This document shows, one piece after another, positions 46,396 through 57,242 of a DNA stretch of 64,000 bases. Every line of letters begins with the position of its first letter. The first letter of the stretch is position 1. A program made the translations under genes and the position numbers. Location of the stretch: positions 4,241 to 68,240 of the forward strand of contig JAFUFH010000036.1 of assembly GCA_017470005.1 (NCBI GenBank), given 5' to 3'. The stretch comes from Bacilli bacterium. Its GTDB lineage: Bacteria; Bacillota_I; Bacilli_A; RFN20; CAG-288. The notes under the pieces were generated by a model, which saw only the letters and a program-made list of their open reading frames with translations, ran no database searches and had not been told where the DNA came from.

Positions 46396-46626
46396 ATGAC
46401 ACAAAAAGGTAATTCTATCTACATGAAAGGCGAATACATCACCCTAGGCCAGCTTTTAAAATTCTTAAATCTGGTTAACACAGGCGGTGAAGAAAAGCTT
46501 TTCTTAGCCACGAACGACGTCTCTTTCAATGGCGTAAGAGAAGATAGAAGAGGCAAAAAATTGCGTCCTGGTGATGTTGTGAATATCAATGGTAAACAAT
46601 ACACCATATGTTCGTCTCAAGATTAG
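46396..46626 (+). CDS. yaaA: S4-domain RNA-binding protein YaaA
   Basis: 76 aa with ITLGQLLK and GGE motifs. It sits immediately before recF, as in the Bacillota origin-region cluster. Confidence 0.8.
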   Translation: MTQKGNSIYMKGEYITLGQLLKFLNLVNTGGEEKLFLATNDVSFNGVREDRRGKKLRPGDVVNINGKQYTICSSQD

Positions 46627-47711
46627 TCTTAAAAGATTTCCGAAATTATGAGAATGTGGATATTTCCTTCGGTCCGGATAGGATTTATATCACTGGGAAT
46701 AATGGAGTAGGAAAAACAAGCATCATTGAAGCGATTCATTATCTCACTTTGGGAAGAAGCTTCCGTAAAGCTGAAGATAAAGAATTGATTCGAAACGGAC
46801 AAAATCAAGCAAGCATTTATCTAGAGTTCTTCTCAGATAAAGATCAAAGCAATCACCATCTCTCTTGTGTGATCTCCAAAACAGGAAAGATGTTTGCTTA
46901 CGATGATGAGAAAGTAAAATCTCTATCTAACATCTTAGGAAAGCTTATCAGTGTCTATTATGAGCCTTCTCTTGTCTTCTTCTTCAAAGACGAACCAGAA
47001 CAAAGAAGAAAGCTTCTAGATGAGACGCTAAGTCAGCTCTCCCAGCAATACTTATATGCAATTGGAAGATATAAGAAATTACTGAAAGAAAGAAACGCTG
47101 CCATGCAGCAAGATTATGACAGCGATGTCATCAACGCTTACAAAGATCAATTGATCAATCTCTCCTATCGCATCGTTAAAGATAGAAAAGATTTGATTAA
47201 AACTCTCTCTCAAAGAGCACAAACTTACTACAACGCCTTATTTGGAGAGAACACAAAGAAATTCTCTCTCACCTATAAAACCAACTGCCCATTAGATGAT
47301 GATCAAGAGAGTTATCGAAAGAACTCTCAAGAACTCTTCCATCGAAATCAAAGCGTAGAGAACATCAAAAAAGTCACCGCAATCGGTCCTCACCGCGACG
47401 ATTTAACGGGTAGATTGAACGAAAACGATATTGCAGGATATGGAAGTCAAGGAGAAAATCGATTGGCTTCTCTAGCCCTAAAACTTGCCATTCTCGACTT
47501 GTTGAGTGAAAGGCTAGGAAGTAAACCTCTCCTCTTATTAGACGATGTAACATCGGATTTAGATGATATCCGTAATGAAAACCTCTTGCACTGCATCAAC
47601 AAAGACAACCAACAGGTTTTCATCACAGGAACCAAGATATATGGTGGTTTCAAAGACTACCAAATCTTCCGCACAAACGGAAAAGAAGTAACAAAGGAGG
47701 TTCAAGCATGA
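46608..47711 (+). CDS. recF: DNA replication and repair protein RecF
   Basis: 367 aa with Walker A GNNGVGKTS, signature-like GSQGENR, and Walker B LLLLDDV. Confidence 0.9.
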   Translation: MFVSRLVLKDFRNYENVDISFGPDRIYITGNNGVGKTSIIEAIHYLTLGRSFRKAEDKELIRNGQNQASIYLEFFSDKDQSNHHLSCVISKTGKMFAYDDEKVKSLSNILGKLISVYYEPSLVFFFKDEPEQRRKLLDETLSQLSQQYLYAIGRYKKLLKERNAAMQQDYDSDVINAYKDQLINLSYRIVKDRKDLIKTLSQRAQTYYNALFGENTKKFSLTYKTNCPLDDDQESYRKNSQELFHRNQSVENIKKVTAIGPHRDDLTGRLNENDIAGYGSQGENRLASLALKLAILDLLSERLGSKPLLLLDDVTSDLDDIRNENLLHCINKDNQQVFITGTKIYGGFKDYQIFRTNGKEVTKEVQA

Positions 47712-49933
47712 GCGAAAAAGAACAGCTTGAAGAACAAACAGAGCTTACAGAAGAAGAAAAAAGAGCTTTGGAAAGACAAAAGATCTATGAAAAGCAATTA
47801 GCTAAGATCGAAAAGGTCGCTAAAGATGAGAATGTAGGCCCAAAGAAAGAAACTCAAGAAAAGAAACCTGTCATCGAAGTTCCTGAAGAAGAGAACTTTG
47901 ATGAAGAGCATGTCTCCCATGTTGAACTGGATGAAAAAGAGCAAGAGAAAGATTTGAAAGCCAAAGATGATTACACTGGCGCAGATATCGAAATCTTGCA
48001 AGGCTTAGAAGCCGTCCGTCAACGTCCTGGTATGTATATCGGCACCACTTCTTCCCGTGGTCTTCACCATTTGGTCAGAGAAGCGGTCGATAATGGTATC
48101 GATGAAGCTTTAGCGGGCTTTTGTAAGCACATCAAAGTCACCATCCTTCCTGGAACGGATAAGAATCCAATCAACCGTATCCGTGTGGAAGATGATGGAC
48201 GTGGTATCCCTTGTGATATCAATGCCCAGACTGGTTTAAGCACCGTTGAGACGGTTTACACCATCCTTCACGCTGGTGGTAAATTCAACGATAAGACTGG
48301 TTATAAGATTTCTGGTGGTCTTCACGGTATCGGTGTCAAAGCCGTCAACGCTTTGTCTACCGCTGTCACTGTCACGGTTTATAGAGATGGTAAGATTCAC
48401 CGCATTTCCTTTGAAAACGGCGGTAAAACCATCGCTCCTGGCCTTCAAGTCATCGGAGAATGCCCCTTAGAGAAGACGGGTACTTCTGTTGAATTCACAC
48501 CCGATCCCCTCATCTTTAAAGAGACAACCACCTTTGATTTCTCTACCATCGCTACTTATTTGAGACAAACTGCTTACTTAACCAAGGGTATCAATATCAC
48601 CATCACCGATGAAAGAGACCCTGAAAATCAACAAACTGCCACTTACCAATTTGATGGTGGTATCCAGGAATACGTTGCTTATATCAACCAAGAAAAAGAT
48701 AGAGTTATCGATGAAATCCCTTATTGTATCGGCGCTTCCACCGTCCAAACTGGTGGATTAGATGTTAAACCTACCACCATCATCGTAGAAGCTGCCTTCC
48801 AGCCTACCAAGGGTGGTGTGTTGAACATGAACTCTTTCTGTAACAACATCAGAACCAATGGTGGTGGAACTCATGAAGAAGGTTTCCGTTTGGCTGTCGG
48901 TAGAGAACTTAACTCCTATTTTAAAGGAAAAGAATGGCTCAAAGACAGCGATGATAACTTCCGTTCTGAAGACTGCTTAGAAGGTTTGACTGTCGTTTTG
49001 TCTGTCAAACACTCTAACCCTCAATATGAAGGTCAGGTCAAAGATAAGCTCGGTAACGATGAAGTGAGAAAGGTCGCTTCCTCTATCGTAGGTGACTATC
49101 TCCGTGAATGGTTGATGGAACATCCTAAGGAAGGTAGACTCTGGTATGAGAGAGTCGTTTCCGCTTATAAAGGAAGAAAAGCTGCCGAAAGAGCAAGAGC
49201 TCTCGCTCAAGGAAAACTTTCCGCTGGTGCTGGTCTTCCCGACAAACTTACCGACTGTATCTCTAAGAATCCTTTAGAAAGAGAATTGTTCATCGTCGAG
49301 GGTAACTCTGCAGGTGGTTCTGCTGTTCAAGGTAGAGATGCAAGAACTCAAGCGATCCTTCCTCTCCGTGGTAAGATCCTCAACGTAGAAAAAGCTCAAG
49401 CGACCAGAATCGAAAAGAATGCGGAAATTTATAACATGGTCACAGCTATCGGCGGTGGCCAAGGTGAATCTTTCGATGTCAGCAAGATCAAATACGATAA
49501 GGTCATCATCATGACCGATGCTGATGTCGATGGTAGCCACATTCGTATCTTATTGATGACTTTCTTCTATCGTTTCATGAAACCTTTGGTAGAGACAGGT
49601 CATCTCTATATCGCTCAACCTCCTCTTTATCGTCTTACCTATCAGGGACATCACTATTACGCCTTCAATGATGAAGAATTGGATGCGATCAAAGCAAAAT
49701 TGCCTGAAAATGCCCGTTATGCATTACAGCGATATAAAGGTTTGGGTGAAATGGACCCTGACCAACTCAATGAAACTACCATGGATAAAGATCATCGTCG
49801 TATGCTTCAAGTCACCATCACCGATGCACAAGAAGCCAATGACGCTTTGATTGATCTCATGGGTGAAAATGTTGAACCTAGAAAAGACTTTATCACCGCA
49901 AACGCCAAGTTCGTTAAGAACTTAGATATCTAA
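47708..49933 (+). CDS. gyrB: DNA gyrase subunit B with ~85-aa charged N-terminal extension
   Basis: 741 aa with LEAVRQRPGMYIG, a GHKL ATPase, Toprim (EGNSAGGS, PLRGKILNVE), and DADVDGSHI. Its start ATG overlaps the recF stop (ATGA). Confidence 0.95.
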   Translation: MSEKEQLEEQTELTEEEKRALERQKIYEKQLAKIEKVAKDENVGPKKETQEKKPVIEVPEEENFDEEHVSHVELDEKEQEKDLKAKDDYTGADIEILQGLEAVRQRPGMYIGTTSSRGLHHLVREAVDNGIDEALAGFCKHIKVTILPGTDKNPINRIRVEDDGRGIPCDINAQTGLSTVETVYTILHAGGKFNDKTGYKISGGLHGIGVKAVNALSTAVTVTVYRDGKIHRISFENGGKTIAPGLQVIGECPLEKTGTSVEFTPDPLIFKETTTFDFSTIATYLRQTAYLTKGINITITDERDPENQQTATYQFDGGIQEYVAYINQEKDRVIDEIPYCIGASTVQTGGLDVKPTTIIVEAAFQPTKGGVLNMNSFCNNIRTNGGGTHEEGFRLAVGRELNSYFKGKEWLKDSDDNFRSEDCLEGLTVVLSVKHSNPQYEGQVKDKLGNDEVRKVASSIVGDYLREWLMEHPKEGRLWYERVVSAYKGRKAAERARALAQGKLSAGAGLPDKLTDCISKNPLERELFIVEGNSAGGSAVQGRDARTQAILPLRGKILNVEKAQATRIEKNAEIYNMVTAIGGGQGESFDVSKIKYDKVIIMTDADVDGSHIRILLMTFFYRFMKPLVETGHLYIAQPPLYRLTYQGHHYYAFNDEELDAIKAKLPENARYALQRYKGLGEMDPDQLNETTMDKDHRRMLQVTITDAQEANDALIDLMGENVEPRKDFITANAKFVKNLDI

Positions 49934-49952
49934 AGAAAGGAGGTAACAAACA

Positions 49953-52679
49953 ATGGCTGAAAATGAAGATAAGAAAATCAACCCTGAAGAAGAAGTTGAA
50001 GATGCTACCTCTGAAGAAGTAGATGAATCTTTAGATGAAAGAGCGGAAGAAGAAGTGGATGAATCCACTCTTTCCGACAAAGAAGTTGCCGAAAAGAAAG
50101 GAAAAGGCATCGAAGGATTACAAGAAGGTATCGTTTCTGGTATCTCTCCGAACGAATTCGGTCCTGAAATCAAGTCTTCTTTCTTAGATTATGCTGTTTC
50201 TACCCTTACCGCTCGTGCTATCCCTGATGCAAGAGACGGTATGAAGCCTGTTCAAAGACGTATCATCTATGATATGTGGGAAATGGGTGTCACTCCCGAC
50301 AAGCCTTTCAAGAAGAGCGCTCGTGTCGTCGGTGACGTCATGGGTAAATATCACCCTCATGGTGACTCTTCTATCTACCTTGCTATGTGCCGTATGGCTC
50401 AAGATTTTGCTATGCGTTACACCCTTGTCCAAGGTCATGGTAACTTTGGTTCTCCCGATGGTGATGAACCTGCCGCATCCCGTTACACGGAAGCTAGACT
50501 TTCTAAGATTGCCTTAGAAATGACAAGAGATATCGAAAAGAACACCGTTCCTTTCACTGATACTTATGACGCAGATGGTAAAGAACCTACAGTTTTACCT
50601 TCTCGTATCCCTAACCTTCTTTGTAACGAATCCTCTGGTATCGCTGTCGGTATGGCTACCTCCATTCCTCCTCACAACCTCACCGAAACCATTAATGGTG
50701 TTCAAGCCTTATTGAAGAATCCCGATATGGAAGTAGAAGAATTGATGGAAATCATCAAAGGTCCTGACTTCCCTTCCGGTGGTTTGATCATGGGAAGAAG
50801 CGGTATTCGTAACTACTTCTTAACCGGTCGTGGTTCTGTCAAAGTTCGTTCTAAATATTACACCGAAGAAAAAGATGGCCATGTCGAAATTGTCTTTACC
50901 GAACTTCCTTACATGGTCAATAAGAGAGATCTTGCCAAAAAGATCGTTGAATTAGCGGATAATAAGACCATTGAAGGAATCGCTCAGGTCGCCGATTACT
51001 CCTCTCAAAAGATGGGTACTCACTTCACTGTCATCTTAAAGAAGGGCGCTTTCACCGAAATTGTTCTCAATCACTTATTCAAATACACTGCTTTACAGTC
51101 TAATTTCCCTGTCAACATGCTCGCTTTGGATAATGGAACTCCCAAAGTTCTCTCCATGAAGCATGCTCTCAGAATCTATATCGACCATCAAAAGAGTGTC
51201 ATCACTAGAAGAACAGAGTACGATTTAGGCAAAGCGATGGATAGAATCCACATTTTGGATGCCATCCTCACTGTCGCTGATGCTATCGATGAAACGGTCC
51301 ACATCATTCGTTCTTCTAAAACTACGGAAATTGCTCAGAATCGTTTAATAGAAAGATTCGGCTTTGACGAAATTCAGTGCAAAGCCATCTTAGATATGCC
51401 TTTAAGAAGATTGACCGGTCTCGAACAAGAGAAATATGCCGCAGAAAAGGCTGGTTTACAAGAAGATTGCAACCGTTATAACGCCATTCTTAGCGACAAC
51501 GCTGTCTTGGAACAGACCTTAATCGATGAATTAGAGGTCATCAAGAAACGTTATGGTGACGCAAGAAGAACCGAAATTTCTGATTTCGACTTAGATTCTA
51601 ACGATGAAGACTTCATTCCCGATAAAGAGATTCTCATCTTCCTTACCAAAGGTGGATATATCAAGAGAGTCGATCCTAGTGAATTCCGCACTCAGAATAG
51701 AGGTGGTGTCGGTGTTCAGGGTATGAAGACCAAAGCGGACGATGATATCAAGATTCTCCGTCACTCTAAGACAAAGACGGATGTTCTCTTCTTTACGAAC
51801 CTCGGTAGAGTCTATCACTGCCGTGGCTATCAGATTCCAGAAGGAAATAGAACCAGCAAAGGTATTCCTGCCGTCAACATTCTCCGTCTCATGGATGGTG
51901 AAGTGATCAATTCTGTCATCTCTATGGATAATTATGGAGAGGAAGATTATCTCTTCTTCGCCACAAAACAGGGTGTGGTCAAACGTGGTAACGCCGCGGA
52001 TTATGAGAATATCAACGCCAATGGTAAGATTGCTATCGGTTTGAAAGAAGGCGATGAACTCATCGATGTCAGACACACCAATGGTAAAGCCATCATCTCT
52101 TTGGGTGCTTCCAATGGTAAAGTTTGTTCCTTCTATGAAAACGATGTTCGTGTCATGGGTAGAACTGCGGCTGGTGTCAAAGGTATCAACTTAGAAGATG
52201 ATTCCACTGTTGTGGGTCTTGTCTCTTCTGTGGAAGGTAATAAGATCTTCTCCTTATCTACAAATGGTTATGGAAAGATCACAGAAGGTAGCGAATATCG
52301 TATCACTTCTCGTGGTTCTAAAGGTGTTCGCACCATCAAATCTACCGATAAGAATGGTGGTCTCTTTGTCATCAAGACCGTCAAAGGCGATGAAGATATC
52401 ATCGTGGTAACCGATCACGGAACTACCATCAGAACTTCTTTGACTCAAGTTTCTCAAACCAGTAGAAACACTGTCGGTGTCAAAGTGATCTCTTTGAGAG
52501 GAAAAGAAAAGATTTCTTCTGTTTCTGTCCTTCCTAGTGAAAGTGAATATGAAGCTATCTTACCTGAAGAGGTCAACACTCAAAAAGAACAACCTGTCGA
52601 AAAAGATGATGCTCTCCAAGAACTTTTGAGAAGAGCAGAAAAACAGGGCGATGATGATTTTGGAAGTGACGACGAATAA
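49953..52679 (+). CDS. gyrA: DNA gyrase subunit A with ~55-aa acidic N-terminal extension
   Basis: 908 aa with [28 protein letters not shown], the active-site region [10 protein letters not shown], a GyrA-box-like QNRGGVG, and an acidic tail. A strong RBS (AAAGGAGG) precedes the ATG. Confidence 0.95.
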   Translation: MAENEDKKINPEEEVEDATSEEVDESLDERAEEEVDESTLSDKEVAEKKGKGIEGLQEGIVSGISPNEFGPEIKSSFLDYAVSTLTARAIPDARDGMKPVQRRIIYDMWEMGVTPDKPFKKSARVVGDVMGKYHPHGDSSIYLAMCRMAQDFAMRYTLVQGHGNFGSPDGDEPAASRYTEARLSKIALEMTRDIEKNTVPFTDTYDADGKEPTVLPSRIPNLLCNESSGIAVGMATSIPPHNLTETINGVQALLKNPDMEVEELMEIIKGPDFPSGGLIMGRSGIRNYFLTGRGSVKVRSKYYTEEKDGHVEIVFTELPYMVNKRDLAKKIVELADNKTIEGIAQVADYSSQKMGTHFTVILKKGAFTEIVLNHLFKYTALQSNFPVNMLALDNGTPKVLSMKHALRIYIDHQKSVITRRTEYDLGKAMDRIHILDAILTVADAIDETVHIIRSSKTTEIAQNRLIERFGFDEIQCKAILDMPLRRLTGLEQEKYAAEKAGLQEDCNRYNAILSDNAVLEQTLIDELEVIKKRYGDARRTEISDFDLDSNDEDFIPDKEILIFLTKGGYIKRVDPSEFRTQNRGGVGVQGMKTKADDDIKILRHSKTKTDVLFFTNLGRVYHCRGYQIPEGNRTSKGIPAVNILRLMDGEVINSVISMDNYGEEDYLFFATKQGVVKRGNAADYENINANGKIAIGLKEGDELIDVRHTNGKAIISLGASNGKVCSFYENDVRVMGRTAAGVKGINLEDDSTVVGLVSSVEGNKIFSLSTNGYGKITEGSEYRITSRGSKGVRTIKSTDKNGGLFVIKTVKGDEDIIVVTDHGTTIRTSLTQVSQTSRNTVGVKVISLRGKEKISSVSVLPSESEYEAILPEEVNTQKEQPVEKDDALQELLRRAEKQGDDDFGSDDE

Positions 52680-52690
52680 ATAGGTCATTC

Positions 52691-53650
52691 ATGAAATACG
52701 ATTACTATTTTGGTTTTGATTCATTTCGATTAAAAACCACCTTCTCCTACGTGGTGAAGGCACATCTCACCGAATTGGCAAAAACCTTAAACAAAACTTA
52801 CACTTTTGATATTGAGGATGATTTTGATGTTGCTATCATCGGTTCTGGTAATGATTATTTCAATCTATTATCTAGACTCAACAAAAAAGAATGTCAAAAA
52901 GCGATTGTCGCTTATGATGATATCGATGACATCATCACTGAGATTCATAAGAAAGGTATTTTCGAATTCCTTTCTCCTGATGCTCTCTCTTACTACAATG
53001 TCGTAGATCATCTTTGTGTCTATTTCCCGTCTCAAAAAGAATATTTAGAAAGTAAGAAGATCAAAAACATATTTGTTCGTCTCCCTATCACTAATCCTTA
53101 CGGAGATTTCTCTTGTCTTTCTGAAGTAGAAAAGAAAGCTTTCCTCTCTTATTACCAGATTCAACCTGGAAAAGAATTGATTGTTTCTTATGGAAGTCTT
53201 TCAGATAAAGAGACGGTGGTGACGATGGAAGGTATTGCGCAAAACTTCCCGGAAAAAGAATTCATCTTCTTTGGAAAAGGCGATAGAGACGCTCTCACCA
53301 AAAAGTTATTAGAGAGAGTGACGATGCCAAAAAACATCCGTTTCATCAACAATTTACCCGAAGAACTCTATCGTTCCTTCCTCTATAACACCAATCGATT
53401 GTTGTTAGTAGGAGATTATCTCTCCTATCCTGAAATCATCTTTGATTGTATCAACCATGATATTCCAATCATCTCTTACTCTCAAAAAGGTTTCACAGAG
53501 ATTCTCAACGACGAAAATGTTTCCCTCTGTAAAGACTTTGCTTCTCTATTCAGAGTCATCAATTCCGACATTGATCAAGAGAAAGTAAAAAAGGCGAAAC
53601 AAACGATTCAAGCGATGATGGCAAACAACATTCTTGAATATATGAATTAA
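52691..53650 (+). CDS. Glycosyltransferase-like protein (GT-B / GT4-like C-terminal half, diverged)
   Basis: 319 aa. The C-terminal half resembles the nucleotide-sugar-binding half of GT4 enzymes. Weak call. Confidence 0.4.
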   Translation: MKYDYYFGFDSFRLKTTFSYVVKAHLTELAKTLNKTYTFDIEDDFDVAIIGSGNDYFNLLSRLNKKECQKAIVAYDDIDDIITEIHKKGIFEFLSPDALSYYNVVDHLCVYFPSQKEYLESKKIKNIFVRLPITNPYGDFSCLSEVEKKAFLSYYQIQPGKELIVSYGSLSDKETVVTMEGIAQNFPEKEFIFFGKGDRDALTKKLLERVTMPKNIRFINNLPEELYRSFLYNTNRLLLVGDYLSYPEIIFDCINHDIPIISYSQKGFTEILNDENVSLCKDFASLFRVINSDIDQEKVKKAKQTIQAMMANNILEYMN

Positions 53651-53688
53651 AAGGACTACAATTTCATAAGCATATTGGAGGTACTACC

Positions 53689-55011
53689 ATGTTAGATTAC
53701 AAATATGTGATTGATCATTTAGATGAAGTGATCACTCGTCTGGAAACAAGAACAGGCGATTATTCATACTTAAAAGAACTTCCTTCTTTGGATGAAGAAA
53801 GAAGAAACTGCATTGTTAAAGTGGAAGCTTTAAAGGCAGAAAGAAACACTCAATCCAAGAATATCGGTAAATTAAAAGCTCAACACAAAGACGAAGAAGC
53901 AAAAGCTTTAATGGATAAAATTTCTTTCGATAAAGAAGAAATTGCTAGATTAGACAAAGTCAGAGCTGATGTGGAAGAAAAGATCCATCAAATCATGCTC
54001 AAGACTCCGAATATTCCTGACAATTCTCTCCCTATCGGACCTGATGAAAGTGCTAATAGAGCAGAAAAGTATTGGGGAGAACCCACCGTCTTCTCCTTCA
54101 AACCTCTTTCCCACTGGGAATTAGGTCAAAAGACAGGTTATTTTGATGTTGAAAGAGCCGCAAAAGTTACTGCTTCTCGTTTCACTTTCTATCTTGGCGC
54201 CTTCGCTAAATTAGAAAGAGCCTTAGCTTGCTTGATGTTAGATACTCACACCGAAGCTGGATATACGGAAGTATTACCTCCTTTCCTTGTCAACACCGAT
54301 TCTCTCACTGGTTCTGGTCAACTTCCTAAATTCGCTGATCAGGCCTATATGAGTGAAAACACTGGTGATCAATTATGGTTGATCCCTACCGCTGAAGTCC
54401 CTGTCACCAACTATTACAGAGATGAAATCTTATCCGCTAGCGATTTACCTAAATGGTTTTGTGCTTATTCTTCTTGCTTCAGAGCGGAAGCTGGTGCCGC
54501 TGGTAGAGATACAAGAGGTATCATCCGTCAACATCAATTCCAAAAAGTTGAATTAGTCAAATACTGCTTACCTGAGAATTCCTTCAACGAATTAGAAACT
54601 TTGACCGAGGAAGCGGAAAAGATTCTCGAATTGTTAAAGCTTCCTTATAGAAGAGTTTGCCTCTCCACTGGTGATTTAGGTTTTGGTGCCGCTAAGACCT
54701 ATGACTTAGAAGTTTGGCTTCCTTCTTATAATGAATATGAGGAAAAAGATGGTAAATGGGTACCTTCTACCTCTGTTTATAAGGAGATTTCTTCTTGTTC
54801 TAACGATACCGATTATCAAGCGAGAAGAATGAACATCCGTTTCAAGAGAGATAAAGATAGCAAAACTGAATTCGTTCACATGTTAAACGGTTCTGGCTTA
54901 GCTGTTGGTAGAACCACTGCCGCTGTCATTGAAAACTATCAGAATGCGGATGGCACTATCACCGTTCCTGAAGTCTTAAGAAAGTACATCGGTACAGATA
55001 TCATCAAGTAA
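53689..55011 (+). CDS. serS: Seryl-tRNA synthetase
   Basis: 440 aa with an N-terminal coiled-coil arm and class II motifs ([30 protein letters not shown]). Confidence 0.95.
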   Translation: MLDYKYVIDHLDEVITRLETRTGDYSYLKELPSLDEERRNCIVKVEALKAERNTQSKNIGKLKAQHKDEEAKALMDKISFDKEEIARLDKVRADVEEKIHQIMLKTPNIPDNSLPIGPDESANRAEKYWGEPTVFSFKPLSHWELGQKTGYFDVERAAKVTASRFTFYLGAFAKLERALACLMLDTHTEAGYTEVLPPFLVNTDSLTGSGQLPKFADQAYMSENTGDQLWLIPTAEVPVTNYYRDEILSASDLPKWFCAYSSCFRAEAGAAGRDTRGIIRQHQFQKVELVKYCLPENSFNELETLTEEAEKILELLKLPYRRVCLSTGDLGFGAAKTYDLEVWLPSYNEYEEKDGKWVPSTSVYKEISSCSNDTDYQARRMNIRFKRDKDSKTEFVHMLNGSGLAVGRTTAAVIENYQNADGTITVPEVLRKYIGTDIIK

Positions 55012-55012
55012 A

Positions 55013-55042
55013 AAATTGCGGTCTCATCGAGACCGCTTTTTG
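55013..55042. terminator. Bidirectional terminator between serS and the carbonic anhydrase gene
   Basis: GCGGTCTC-ATC-GAGACCGC flanked by an A-run and a T-run. Confidence 0.85.
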
Positions 55043-55075
55043 TTTCCAACTTTCTGTTTTCTGTTTTGAGTTGTT

Positions 55076-55615
55076 TTAATTTAAGAATTGAACTTTTCCA
55101 CTTTCAATATCATATATGGCACCAACTACTATCTCTTTTTCAACGCCAAGTTCTTTTAAAATGACGTTTTTACTGTAATTAACATTCAAAACAACAGCAG
55201 CATCAGGATCTTTTTCTTCTCCGATAGCTTTTTCAATCATATCTGTGGCTTTTTTAATGAATCCGTGACCTTCTTTTTCAATGGTAGCTTGGATTGCTCC
55301 ACAGTGGGTGTGACCTAAAACGATAACTGCAGAAACTCCTAAATGAGAGACTCCGTATTGGATAGAAGCTAATTCGGTATCCGAAATCACATTTCCGATG
55401 ACTCTGATGATAAATAATTCTCCGATTCCACAAGAGAATATCTCCTCTGGAATCACTCTAGAATCCGAACAAGTAATAACCAGTGCAAAAGGATGCTGTC
55501 CTTTTTGGCAAGTCTCAATTCTTCTCTGCTCTGAAATATCTCCACATCCCGTTTTTGCACATACATATCGTTTGTTTCCGTCGATTAATTTTGTTAAAGC
55601 TTCCTTTGTTGTCAT
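55076..55615 (-). CDS. Beta-class carbonic anhydrase
   Basis: 179 aa with CSDSRV and GHTHCGA zinc-ligand motifs. Confidence 0.85.
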   Translation of the reverse strand: MTTKEALTKLIDGNKRYVCAKTGCGDISEQRRIETCQKGQHPFALVITCSDSRVIPEEIFSCGIGELFIIRVIGNVISDTELASIQYGVSHLGVSAVIVLGHTHCGAIQATIEKEGHGFIKKATDMIEKAIGEEKDPDAAVVLNVNYSKNVILKELGVEKEIVVGAIYDIESGKVQFLN

Positions 55616-55693
55616 TTTACGATCCTTCTTTCTTCTATTATAGCCTTTTTCGCTTTCAAATCCGTGCTTCTATCGCTAAAATATTACTGCTTT

Positions 55694-57199
55694 ATGGTCA
55701 ACGTATTTCAAAAATTTAAGAATTTATTCCATCCTATTGATTTAACTAAGGGGAAGATTGGGACATCTCTCTTTCTTTTTTTGATTCCTATCGTTTTAAG
55801 TCAAATCTTCCAACAGATTTATTCTTTAACCGATAGTATCATCATCGGACAGAATTTAAACGCTAATCAAGTAGCAGGAATCAATGATGCAGTTCCTCTT
55901 GCCTTCTTAGTTTTAGGCTTTGTCCAAGGAACAACTGCTGGTTTCTCCGTCATTTTATCCAGAGCCTTTGGTGCTAAAGACTTTTCTCTTGCAAGAAAAA
56001 GTGTTTTTGTTCAAATCATCCTATCTATCATATTTGTTTTTATATTAACTATCGCTTCTTTCTTTTTAATTGACTTCCTTTTATCCTTCTTAAAACTCAC
56101 TCCATCTCAAAGTGATCCAAATATGAATGAGATTTATCAAGCTGCCAAGATGTATTTGACTATCATCTTCTTAGGTGGTGTGGTTTCTCAGATGTTCTAC
56201 AACATGATTTCTTCTATCTTAAGAGCTTTAGGAGATTCTTTTGTTCCTTTCTTATTCCTTGTTTTATCTACTTTATTAAATATTGGATTAGATTTATTGT
56301 TTATCGTTGTCTTTTCCTGGGGAATTGAAGGTAGTGCTATCGCTACCGTGATCTCTCAGTCTTTAGCAGCAATCGGTGCTTTTATCTATGCTTTTACCCG
56401 TTATCCACAAATTCGTTTCCAAAAAGAAGATACAAAAGTCTCTTTCTCCTTTGTTTGGGAACATATTCGTTTAGGCGTACCTCTAGGTTTACAATATTCC
56501 ATCACTTATATTGGAGTCATAGTGATGCAAGCTGCTGTTATTCCTTTTGATATTCTTCCTGATGGAACTTCGGTTGTTTCAAACAATCCTTTCCAAGTAG
56601 GATACGGAGTTTCTAATAAATTAGGTGGATTAATGATGGTCTTCATGTCTTCTTTAGGTACCGGTATGCTTTCATTTATTTCTCAAAACTTTGGTGCAAA
56701 AGAATATAAAAGAATCCAAAGAGGATTCCGTTTGTCTCTTATTGCTATGACTCTCATTTGTATATTGTTGATGACAATTACTCTATTATTAACCATCAAT
56801 GGTTCTTACCAATATTTGTTCTTATCAAAAGACAATATCACTGAAGGCTCTATCTTAACAGGTAACACTTATCTCTATATTTGTGTTCCTTTCTATATTC
56901 CTCTCGGTTACATTTATCTAACAAGGAATGTCATTCAAGGTTTAGAAAAACCTTTTTATCCTTTGATTGGTGGTTTTGCTGAATTGATTATCCGTGTGGT
57001 AGTTTGCGGATTTTTACCACAAATCTTAAATGGTGGTCCTATCAATAGTGAGGCTTCTTTCTCCGCTTATGCTCTGATTTGTTGGGCAGACCCTATCACT
57101 TGGGTAGTCTCAGCTTTGATTGTCTTCCTACCCTCTGTCGTTTATATTAGAAGATTAAACTCAAAAACAATTACAAACCTATCTAAAATAGATTCCTAA
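55694..57199 (+). CDS. MATE family efflux transporter
   Basis: ~12 TM helices with a MATE N-terminal pattern (IPIVLSQIFQQIYSLTDSIIIG). The start is moved to MVNVFQKF. Confidence 0.8.
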   Translation: MVNVFQKFKNLFHPIDLTKGKIGTSLFLFLIPIVLSQIFQQIYSLTDSIIIGQNLNANQVAGINDAVPLAFLVLGFVQGTTAGFSVILSRAFGAKDFSLARKSVFVQIILSIIFVFILTIASFFLIDFLLSFLKLTPSQSDPNMNEIYQAAKMYLTIIFLGGVVSQMFYNMISSILRALGDSFVPFLFLVLSTLLNIGLDLLFIVVFSWGIEGSAIATVISQSLAAIGAFIYAFTRYPQIRFQKEDTKVSFSFVWEHIRLGVPLGLQYSITYIGVIVMQAAVIPFDILPDGTSVVSNNPFQVGYGVSNKLGGLMMVFMSSLGTGMLSFISQNFGAKEYKRIQRGFRLSLIAMTLICILLMTITLLLTINGSYQYLFLSKDNITEGSILTGNTYLYICVPFYIPLGYIYLTRNVIQGLEKPFYPLIGGFAELIIRVVVCGFLPQILNGGPINSEASFSAYALICWADPITWVVSALIVFLPSVVYIRRLNSKTITNLSKIDS

Positions 57200-57200
57200 A

Positions 57201-57242
57201 CAAAAAACTTGTTACCCTTTCGAAGTAACAAGTTTATTTTTT
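57201..57242. terminator. Bidirectional terminator
   Basis: AACTTGTTAC, a 9-nt loop, then GTAACAAGTT, flanked by an A-run and a T-run. Confidence 0.8.

Noticed and set aside
54721-54790. An apparent ~13-aa insertion in SerS ([15 protein letters not shown] before YKEISSCSN).
   Set aside because: This is judged only against my memory of Bacillus and E. coli SerS. Surface-loop insertions in aaRSs are common, and I cannot verify the alignment here.
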